A DNA stretch of 64,000 nt from Trypanosoma brucei (taxonomy: Eukaryota). Within the stretch, counting starts at the first letter, position 1; each line of letters opens with the position of its first letter. Shown piece by piece: positions 55,111-64,000 of this stretch. Below the pieces are notes generated by a model, which saw nothing but the letters and a program-made list of their open reading frames with translations, ran no database searches and was not told the origin of the DNA. The position numbers and the translations under genes are program-made. The DNA is taken from contig CH464491.1 of the NCBI GenBank assembly GCA_000002445.1, forward strand, positions 2,944,001-3,008,000, read 5' to 3'.

Positions 55111-56279
55111 TGATTGATTGAAAATATTGTTGTTGACATTCCGATCATTACTTTGGTTACCGGAGTGGCAATCCCGCCTGAAAGCGTCGCGCAGGTAAGC
55201 CTTTTTATCATTATGTATGCGTTTCGGTATATATATATATTAGGCTCAGTACTTGCCGTCTCTGTTTTACTCGGGTTATGGCTGCTGCTACCCTACTGTT
55301 ACCTTGTTATTTGTCAGCGGTTGGGGTCTCTTCATTTTTACAGTGGAGGTGCTTGTGGATAAGAGGCACCTACGAACTAACGTAGGTTTGTACCAATCAC
55401 TCACTCATGCCATCTGCCATGAGGCGGGTGCTAGCGGAGATAGGCACGTCTTTCCCGTAGAGTAACCTGCGCTTTTTTGACTGCTGCGGTGTTTGGTTAG
55501 TGCAATCTACAAGTTTACGTGATTATTTGTGGTAGTTCCTTTTTTTTTTTTGAGGAAAGAAAAGTGTCTTTGCACCATAACGCTGTATCCAAGCTATTGC
55601 CGGCGCCATGGAAAGATATTTTCATATGTATATTACATACAACTTAATTTCCAGGGAATGCGCTCAGTGTATGAATGCTGTACACATTCTTTTTTTTTTT
55701 TGCATTCTTTGCCTGGAAACAGCGGTAAATGTGAACTGCCTGAAAGTGTGTCTAAGTTATTTTTTCCATTCACTTCACCGCCCAACTCGGTGTGGTTGAG
55801 TTTCCCATGGCCCAGTCGGTGTGATATCTGTTATTACATATTTTTTGCGACCATTTTGTTTCGCGTTTTCTACTTGAGCATGTTATGACCATGACCACCA
55901 AAAGGATCAGAATTACCATTTCCCACTGTGTTTTTCTCTACTAACGCCTCAACGCCAGTGCCGCGCCAGCAAACATCTTATATCATAGGGGAAGAATTGT
56001 TTGCAGTCTGAATCAATTGTGTTTGGGTAGTACTGGATCGTGCTCCTGTTTTCACATTTTGAGATGTTGCGAGTGAAAAGGATACCAAGGGACCGCTTAC
56101 CGGCTTCTACTTACTCGGCCGCGGCTGTACGCCTCTTGTAAGCATATTCTTAAGTTGCTCCCTTTTCATGTCTCGGGTGGGTGTTTAATGAAATCGGTTT
56201 ACAAACTACTAGATTGCACTTCAGATGATAGGAGGGAGCTGGAACTCAAGACAGTTGGAGTGCCCGTTTCTGGGTAGCA

Positions 56280-56292
56280 AGGGGGGGGGGGG
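56280..56292. repeat. Poly-G tract (13 G)
   Basis: Read directly. Similar G-runs occur at 11075, 45104, 46931 and 52531. Confidence 0.8.
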
Positions 56293-58742
56293 AAATTGAT
56301 GTTCTTTGTTCTAAGAAGTTGCTTTTGTATGCGGGATGGAGGTTCGACAAGGCTTCTGCTTTGCGGTAGAGGTTGCTGTTAGCACTGATTTCACTCGTAC
56401 TTGGGGGGAACCCTGCCATTAATAAGCAGTATGTTTGAGGGAGCAGCTCATCTTTCTTATTATTGTGCAGTGCCCCGTTCCACCTTTCTGCTGGGTCCGC
56501 GCAGTTCTCTCAGCAACGTGTGCGCGGATCTAATCCATAGATTCAAGGAACGAAGTCTTTTTCGACGGTCATAGCTGTTGAACTTCCGGCTCGGTTGGGT
56601 CATGAGCAGTGAATCGTGGTAGCGGTGCACCAGAGGTGTGGGTCTCTGTTACAATTTTAAAGGTTGCTATTGGTTTGCACGATCACATCAGAGTTGACAC
56701 AGCACTTGCACTCCTGCTGGGGTCCAGGGTGTATTGAGTGACTTGCACCTTCCTGGTGCCGTCGGTTACCGGTTCCTGCGAAAAACTTTTTGGCACGTGT
56801 TGACGAACCCCGCTGCTGGTGTGTGGTGTTCTGTGCAAACTTTTTTTTTTTGAGCAGCACTAATTTCCAGCCAGCTGAGGATCTTTTCTACAGCAAAGTG
56901 GGGAGGGCAGGGAGACCTCGTGCTGGGACTGATGAAAACGCGCTTTCTTAAAAACATGGTTAGTGTACCGCTCTCCTTGTTGTTCCGAAAGCGAGTATGT
57001 TTCGGAGTTGTCTTGCCTCCAGCAACATGATTTGCAGTGAATTTCAACTGCTAAAAACAATGTGAATGCCCAAGGCGTAACATGCTTGCTGTTCCGCCAA
57101 ATAAACTAGTGTGTGATTGTGCTAAAAGGAAATGCAAAAGGATTTGAAACCTTACGTTCAGATCTTAAAGAACTGTGAGACCCCTTTTTTTCTGGATGGC
57201 ACTCAATTACTTCCCTGGTTGGAGGAGTCACAGTTACAACCTGGCCAACTTACATGTCGTAGTACAAGCCCCCCTTTCAAGAAGGTAGCTCTGGGTTAAG
57301 CAGAAGCTGTTATGTGATGCCTGCTATTTATACCGCGGTTCTGACTCACTTCTTTTCGTGCTATCAACAGCGGTTTCTTTGCACTGGTCGACGACTAGTG
57401 TGATTTAACGGGAATTTGTTGTGGTAGGTAGCCGAAATTGGCTTCAGGTGCATCACGTAAAATTCCTCACCAGTTGTATTTTCGTCGGCACATCCTCGTC
57501 ATCGGAATCTGTTGTCGCACTACCTTGAGTGGATCCGTGACAGAGTGGGTAATTTCCGGGGCGTTGTTCTGGTGCTTACTAGAGTGGGCTCGTTGTTTTC
57601 AAGTCAAACATATCTTCAGGATAAGGGGCGCCAATAGGCACGTGGCTACCCCCTCCCCTAGTGAGAGGATTTGTCGCGCTTTTGGCGGGTGTATCCAGCC
57701 GTTTTTTTTTTGCTGAACCGCTACGGCTCGTGGGGCTTGGCATTATGCTGGTGCCGAGTGCCTATGCTTAACAGAAGAGTCGGCAATCGTTAAGTGTCCC
57801 CTGTGTTGCTGAAGGAGGGGTCTTCTGGTGAACCGGCTCCGTTTCGCTAAAGTTCCCTTAGTTTTCGGCGGCGGCGTTACGTGGTCAGAAATTGTTGTGA
57901 TTACTGCCAAGGCACTGCGGTAGTTGCTGTGTTAACACGCTCAGGGACTACTTAATCTTTTACTGAGCTGTGCGCTCTCGTGTTTGCACCGTTCTCCATG
58001 GGTTGCCTAACGGAACAGCACTGTGTGCGGCAAGTCGAAGGAAGTAATTAGCCATGCAGGTGAGAAGATGCCACCCACACCAAGTGGTGATGTTACTGGT
58101 TCCGTGGGTGGTTATATCGACTGAAGCAAACAAAAACATATGGTTATAGTATTGGTTTTCGCAACTGTCGCTTCAGCTGCGGCGGCTGACGAGGCCCACA
58201 GGCTGTGAAGCACTCGTCGGTGTCGACCCTTTTTATCTTTCTTGAGACCGCACTTGTCAAACATTTCATCTTGATACCCCTACTTGTAGGCAGCGCGGCG
58301 CCTTTGTGGTTTGACATTTGGCACCACTAAACATGTGTGTTGTTGTCTCAGGGTTCGGTCCTCCGGCTACGTTTAACGGGGGTTATGTGAGAATGATAGG
58401 GGAGGGTTTCCGTTTTTTCGCCACCATCTGGGTGATGTGGGTGGTGGCGTTATCAACTGAAATACAGTTGCTGTTTGCGCGCGCTGGCGTCAGCAAGGGG
58501 GGATATCGTTATGGTCTTAGTACTTTTATTATTTTACTCGCACAAGTGTTTCTTGGTACGGAATGGAGTCGTACTCTTCGTATCAAGTTTCTTACGCTTT
58601 ACCATTGCTGCTTAAGTAAAGAAAAAAATAATCACCATTATGATCTGTATCTGTTTGTACCACGCTTCAGTGAAGGCTCAAGGTTATCTACGTAGTAATA
58701 CACGTGTATATTGCGCGTGGGAGGAGAGGCGCTGGTAAACGG

Positions 58743-61160
58743 ATGGAGCAGACCAACCATGACGATGTCAGCTCTGCTGAAGTTGCGAGGGCTTACTCAG
58801 GATCTTTGGGTGCATCATCGTTTCAGTTTACTCCCCTTTGGGAAAGCGTTGACTACGTTTGTAGTATTATACTAAGTTGGTATGACTTCCCTGATTTCAA
58901 AGGTGGAGAGGCGCTGCAACAGCTTGTGCGTGCGTACACAATCGTCTGCCGGTTAGTTTCTTCCCCTTGTGCTGGGTGCCCACCACTCGCTAGACCCTCA
59001 GTGGAGGGAGATATTGTTACTGCTGCTGAGGTTACGCAGTCTTTGGTGGTTTATAGCCGTATCTGCGATATGATACGCAAGAGACTGGATACCGTAGTTG
59101 GAATGCGCTTCAGGGATGCTGCGGAACAGCCACCCCCACGTCTTCTGGAGGACTACATTGTCGAATGGAAGAGGTTCATTACTTCCGTCAATATGCTGAA
59201 ATTCGTATTTTCTTATCTCCACGGACCATGGCAGAAATATGGCGTACCACCTGGTCTCATGCAGTCCACTGAGGTAATTGCCCTCAACAAGTGGAGCGAA
59301 ATGTTAATGAACACTAATTTTCAAGAGGCCCTTACCAACCAGATTTTTGAGCTTGTTGCCATGGATCGACATCACCATCCAAACATGGAAAGGGCTCAAA
59401 TTCTTCGGGAAGTGGGCCATGCTTTGGGTGTGGTAAGTGACGCAAGGAGTAACTGGTATGTTACCCTTGTGGAAGAGCGCTACCTCCGACAATTAACCGA
59501 TTTCTGTAAGCTTAAGACTGAAGAGATGAAACTGGGTGATGTTGAGCACTATATTGAAGAAGCCCTCACCATTTTCAGGGATGAGACGGAGCGCGCCATT
59601 CGCTTGCTGGCGCAGAGCTCGATACAGCCGGTGGTCCAACGAATAGCTGAGGTGCTCATCAATGACGAACTTTCATTCTTGGATGAGTTCATTTCCAGTG
59701 AAATAGTTAAAAATAGGGTGACTCAGCTGCGCCAGTTATACTCGTTGCTTTCACAAAGTCAAGTTGGACTGAGACATTTGAGGGATGAATTTAAAAAGTG
59801 TGTCATTGAAAAGGGGCGTCGTGAAATCAATGAGGCGTGCGAAAGGGCTAAGAACTCGAATACTGGCGTTTACCAAGTTGCCCTTGAAAAAGTTATTTCA
59901 GTGTACAGGGATTTTCAGTTACCAATGAAGGCCTTCGGGGATAAGGGGGATTTTGAGAAGGAGCTCATTGATGGGCTTCATAATGTCTTAACAGCTTGTT
60001 CCTATCTTGACCCCCAAAACATGTTGGGACGTGAGGTGGCGCGATTTGCTCACAACGAACTGATTTCCAGAAAATTGGGGGTCCGCTGCGAAGAAGACGA
60101 AGGAAATATGAATAACATTGTTATATTATTTCGCGTTCTTCCCACAAAGAACCTGTTTGTGGAAACATACCCTATGTACCTCTGCTCACGGCTCCTGTCT
60201 ACTGAGTATGTTGTTGAAAACGAGCGGTTGCTTATACAGGAAATAACACAGACGGGAGAATGCACGAGAGATTTTATGAACAAGTGCGCAACGATGTTGA
60301 ATGACGTGGGGGAAGTCAGTGAGAGGCTGTCAGAACAGTTTCGAGAGAAGGCGGGACTGACGGATTTGAACTTCCACCCAACTGTCCTGAATAGCTATTT
60401 CTGGCCAAATTTCTTACCTGAACCCGAGATGGCTATTCCTGGTTACTTGCAGATGAAGTTGTTGGAATTCGGGAAGTTTTTTCAGGATGTGTGTCCGAGA
60501 CGCCACATCAGCTACGTCAACAGGTTATCACAGGGTGTATTGAGGTTTAACCTTTCTGATGCTTCTCCAGTGCAAGGCTTGGACATCTGTGTGGGCGTCC
60601 GGCACCTACCGGTTGCTGAGTTATTCAACTGCTGTGCCGAATGGGAGCTTCAGGAGCTGATACAAAGTGTAGGAAATGATAACTCTAACAGCTGTTTAAG
60701 TGCTATAAATGATTTTGCGAAGCACGGTATACTCGATATTCACGAGGAGGGAGGTGTGACGTTGAAAAGCCACTTGCGGGAAGTTCTTCCAGGCTGCCGT
60801 GTTTCCATCGGACGCACGCCCGACATCAGGAACAGAAAGATAGTTTTGCATGAAACGAAGCTCGATCGAGAGACCAAAGTGGATGGAGCAGGTTCTTCTG
60901 ATTTCTCACCAGAACGCTACGATGTTAATACCACCACAGAGCAGATGGTAGCATTGTCCACACAGGCCACGCTTATTCGTGCGTTTAAAAGTGAAGGGAC
61001 TGCTTCTTTTTCGCAGTTGTTCGAAAGAGTCGAGAATGAGTCACCGGCGCACTTAAAGCCATCGATCCAACAGATGAAAGTAGCCTTGGAGTTTCTCATC
61101 AGCCGTGAATTCGTCCGAAGAAATGAAGACGGTACAGACACGTTTTCGTACGTTACATAA
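58743..61160 (+). CDS. Cullin-family protein (scaffold of cullin-RING ubiquitin ligases)
   Basis: The track start at 58704 is GTG; the first ATG in frame is 58743 (MEQTNHDD...). The product is about 805 aa, with cullin-repeat-like helical regions and a C-terminal winged-helix/neddylation-like end (...QATLIRAFKSEG...LISREFVRRNEDGTDTFSYVT). The assignment rests on length, architecture and motif resemblance. Confidence 0.6.
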   Translation: MEQTNHDDVSSAEVARAYSGSLGASSFQFTPLWESVDYVCSIILSWYDFPDFKGGEALQQLVRAYTIVCRLVSSPCAGCPPLARPSVEGDIVTAAEVTQSLVVYSRICDMIRKRLDTVVGMRFRDAAEQPPPRLLEDYIVEWKRFITSVNMLKFVFSYLHGPWQKYGVPPGLMQSTEVIALNKWSEMLMNTNFQEALTNQIFELVAMDRHHHPNMERAQILREVGHALGVVSDARSNWYVTLVEERYLRQLTDFCKLKTEEMKLGDVEHYIEEALTIFRDETERAIRLLAQSSIQPVVQRIAEVLINDELSFLDEFISSEIVKNRVTQLRQLYSLLSQSQVGLRHLRDEFKKCVIEKGRREINEACERAKNSNTGVYQVALEKVISVYRDFQLPMKAFGDKGDFEKELIDGLHNVLTACSYLDPQNMLGREVARFAHNELISRKLGVRCEEDEGNMNNIVILFRVLPTKNLFVETYPMYLCSRLLSTEYVVENERLLIQEITQTGECTRDFMNKCATMLNDVGEVSERLSEQFREKAGLTDLNFHPTVLNSYFWPNFLPEPEMAIPGYLQMKLLEFGKFFQDVCPRRHISYVNRLSQGVLRFNLSDASPVQGLDICVGVRHLPVAELFNCCAEWELQELIQSVGNDNSNSCLSAINDFAKHGILDIHEEGGVTLKSHLREVLPGCRVSIGRTPDIRNRKIVLHETKLDRETKVDGAGSSDFSPERYDVNTTTEQMVALSTQATLIRAFKSEGTASFSQLFERVENESPAHLKPSIQQMKVALEFLISREFVRRNEDGTDTFSYVT

Positions 61161-62438
61161 AAATTTTACTTTTGCGCATTGTTAGAGCTTCAGCTTGATG
61201 TTGTTACTGTTCGGCAGAGAGCTAGGACTTTTGACAGAGAGGTGGGAGTTGTGAATACGTTTGAGCGGATCAGGGTCTAGCAGGAAGAGAGAAGACCCCT
61301 TCTGTGTTTTTCGTTTCTACTCGTCGACAATTTCGTCTCTACTGTGTTTCACATATCGTAAGAAAAGAGTGAGTCTGATCTAAACTGATTGCGTGAATGG
61401 AAGCAATTGTGCCGCGCCGAGTTACCTTTGAAAGGAGAGCGGGGAAAGGGATGAGAACGAGTTTTTGACTGCACTACTGCTTTTCATCATTTTCCTCACC
61501 GGAGGAATTAAGCCCCTTCGCCGCTGTCGCATTAACCCTAACTTCGAAGTAAGATCGCTAGTACACGGGTGCGCCTGCATACGTAACTGCCGTCTCTGTG
61601 TGTATTCGTGCTGTTGTGCACCCCATTTTGAAAAGGGGCGTTACTTGGAATCCAGCCGGGGGCTTGCTGCCTTTGAGATGCATAGGGAGAAGCAAGGCAA
61701 GGGAAATGTTTTTTAATAGTGGTAGATCTTTGTTTTTTTTTGCCTTTGCCAGCACCTGCTCTTTTTTAACGCCGTTTCATGACGTGGTACGATTCGTGAA
61801 GACAACCTTTTGACTGTTACTTCATCCGCGTTGGGTCGCTGGGGAAGTGGAATTGCGCAAACGGCCTTCCATTGGTTGTGGGTGTCGTCGAATTTTGTGT
61901 ATGCAACCTTTACTTCTCTGTATGTACCAGGCCTCCGATGTTGGTTGTGTTTGACCGTGTTCGTGTATGCGGTTGGTGGGATTGTTAGGGGCCAATCGAC
62001 ATGGGGGAGAGTGATGAAGGAAACCTCATGTGCGTGGTGTCAACATTCTAATGTTTGTAAGGAGAAGGAGTTGTGGATATGTTTTTCAAAGTATTGTCGT
62101 GGAGAAGCGAAGCAACAAGGCCCGTAATTGTGCTTGTTAACTGGTGTGCGTCTACGGGCACATTCTTTTGCCTTCAGTCCATGTTCATTTTTTTGTGGCC
62201 TCTCAGCAAGGGGGAGCGATGATCTTTCAAGAAAACTGCTTATCTTTACCCTCCTTTCCTGTATACTTACTTTTCCCTCCTATTTTTACACGTTGTAAGT
62301 CCTGTAAACGATTCGTTGCCCTACACCGGCATTGGGAGGCAAAGCGTCAACGCAAAGCAAGAGGAGGGAGTAAGTCTTCACAAAGTACTGGAAGGACACC
62401 CCGAGTTGTACTGCCAAGCTCGCAGGACTAGGCACACA

Positions 62439-62711
62439 ATGACGCAGCTCCCCTCAGCAACCATTAAGCTCATAGAGATGCCGAAACATATGGAGAATTA
62501 TGCCGTTAACTGTGCGCAAGATGGTTTTACGAAGTACTACACCGAGAAGGACGTAGCCTCTCATATCAAGAAGGAGTTTGATAAAAAGTACGGACCAACG
62601 TGGAACTGCTTCGTTGGACGTAACTTTGCCAGCTATGTTACCCACGAAACGAAACACTACATATATTTCTACATGGGGCAGATGGGTGTGCTTCTTTTCA
62701 AGTCGTCATGA
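62439..62711 (+). CDS. LC8: Dynein light chain LC8 (DYNLL)
   Basis: The track ORF starts at 62316. The ATG at 62439 gives [90 protein letters not shown]. The segment [37 protein letters not shown] is nearly invariant in LC8. Confidence 0.9.
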   Translation: MTQLPSATIKLIEMPKHMENYAVNCAQDGFTKYYTEKDVASHIKKEFDKKYGPTWNCFVGRNFASYVTHETKHYIYFYMGQMGVLLFKSS

Positions 62712-64000
62712 GGACCTGTTATTGTTCCGCACATTCTACGTCAGTGCCTTCACTACCCTTTGATGCCCAATGGACCAAAGGGTGGCATCACTGATGATTT
62801 TTGTTCCCCTTTCCCTTCGCTCCCGTTTAGTGTGTGTTTCGTTTCTTCATAGACCTAGAGTTGTGAGGAGTGTAGGACGTGCATTTGTCTCGGTTTCAGT
62901 GCTTCACCTTTCAGTTAAGACTGCTCTTGAAAGTTACCCTACCCTTAAAGCCCCGTTTGTCGTCGTGTGATTAAGGAAACAAGAATGAAATGAAGCAAAC
63001 TTTTAAAAAAAGGGTGCTAAGAGGAAAAGGAAAACGTGAAAATGTATATGTTGGCCAGAACCGGAGGGGTGGCGACTCTTGCGACTTCTTCCCAAGTGGT
63101 CTTCCCCCTTCTGTGGCTTCGATTTGTTCTGTACATGTCGTTATTCGTAAATATTGTATATAGAATAATTCATTGGCTGCAAATTCTCTTGCGAGGAACT
63201 CATCTTCGTTCCTTTGGTTTGATAAGTGTTACATCCTGAAATTTTAACGGTTCTATTTGACACCCCCCCTTTTTTTTTTCCTGTGACTCTTTTGGGGATG
63301 GCCTATAAGGTTTAGATGGCGGCACGGAAACGAGGAAAAGCTGTTCAATTACTTGCACATGGCTGATGGTAGACACTGTTTTCCCAAATAAAAAAAAATT
63401 TAATTCACATGCAAGGCCTTGTGCGGAATGATGGCCGTTGCTGTGCAGTGAGGGAAACCAGCTGTAGTTGTGTGTTTGTGTGTGTGTGTTGCTCTCTTTC
63501 TGTACAACTTTCCGTAATGCTTTGGGAATGCCCGCGATTTTTGCTGTTGGGTCGGTGCTCCGGGAGAGACGTGGGGTGGGCTCCGTTGGTTGGCAAGGAT
63601 AACCTTCATGTTAGCCCGCGGGGCGAGACATGGGTGTTCACTCCCGATGGATCGAGAGGTCAGTTTCTCTCGATGGTGTGGCAACTGCGTAATTTTGGCG
63701 TTCGCAGTTAACTCTTGTTTGGAGGTGAAGTCACATGTGCCCCAGTCTTGTTTCACTTCCCCCCGCGCGGCCTCGCTCTGTCATTGACCACAAATATCCC
63801 TCATGAACTTTCCCCTTCAATTTTCACTGAACACACCCCTCCCTAGTGCTCAATCGCGCGTGATCGTGACGAGAAACGGTTATGGCAGGCCAGCTGTGTG
63901 CTATCTGGTGGTTTTCTTGAAAAGTTCATACGAACTGTTATTAAAGGTTGCGCTGCCCGTCGGGGAGTCCATGCCAGCGATGAAAAATAATTGTGCCGAC

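Noticed and set aside
58318-58695. 125-aa + ORF immediately upstream of the cullin gene
   Set aside because: It has a hydrophobic, low-complexity translation, lies in the cullin 5' flank, and is more likely UTR.
1-64000. Prokaryotic-style novel systems (defence islands, CRISPR arrays, toxin-antitoxin pairs, operons)
   Set aside because: The sequence is clearly eukaryotic kinetoplastid nuclear DNA: same-strand polycistronic genes with polypyrimidine spacers, housekeeping eukaryotic proteins, no CRISPR repeats and no Shine-Dalgarno context. No such system can be supported here.

Overview
This window reads as nuclear DNA from a trypanosomatid (kinetoplastid). The gene content and protein sequences fit an African trypanosome of the Trypanosoma brucei type, but I cannot prove the species from sequence alone. 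It is not a prokaryotic locus: there are no CRISPR arrays, no operon or defence-system architecture, and genes are not preceded by Shine-Dalgarno sites.

From 1 to about 40.6 kb there is one dense run of genes on the + strand, consistent with a polycistronic transcription unit. Genes are separated by 0.3-1 kb spacers rich in polypyrimidine tracts, which are the signals for trans-splicing and polyadenylation in these organisms. In order, the run contains:
- a dynein heavy chain (the 5' end is cut off by the window edge);
- ribosomal protein L14 (eL14);
- cytosolic malate dehydrogenase;
- an F-box/LRR-like protein;
- a RING-variant coiled-coil protein;
- a large protein with IQ-like motifs;
- a divergent HSP70 paralogue that lacks the C-terminal EEVD;
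- a beta-lactamase-like protein whose S-x-x-K catalytic motif looks degenerate;
- the canonical cytosolic HSP70, with an apparent 1-nt frameshift inside its C-terminal GGMP repeat;
- a gamma-tubulin-complex (GCP) family protein;
- a BCS1-like AAA ATPase;
- two perfect tandem copies of RACK1 (TRACK/LACK; a 1305-bp repeat unit);
- a DUF179/YqgE-like protein with a mitochondrial-type, LYR-like N-terminus;
- a small ATG12-like ubiquitin-fold protein ending in Gly;
- an AlkB-like 2OG-Fe(II) dioxygenase.

From about 41 to 47 kb the sequence is gene-poor: a purine-rich stretch with coding-like remnants (41-43.5 kb), followed by GC-rich non-coding sequence. A single gene on the minus strand follows (47166-49211). 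It encodes a protein of the trans-sialidase/sialidase family with a signal peptide, Asp-boxes and a hydrophobic C-terminus. By alignment from memory it appears to lack the catalytic arginine triad.

This minus-strand gene, together with about 3 kb of flanking sequence, sits between two near-identical direct repeats of about 358 bp (46658-47016 and 52250-52607). The gene is followed by a gene-less interval of about 9.5 kb (49.2-58.7 kb) that contains homopolymer G tracts and a C5T10G10 element. The + strand then resumes with a cullin (58743-61160) and dynein light chain LC8 (62439-62711).

The supplied ORF track accepts GTG starts, so several gene starts were moved to the first in-frame ATG after the upstream polypyrimidine tract.
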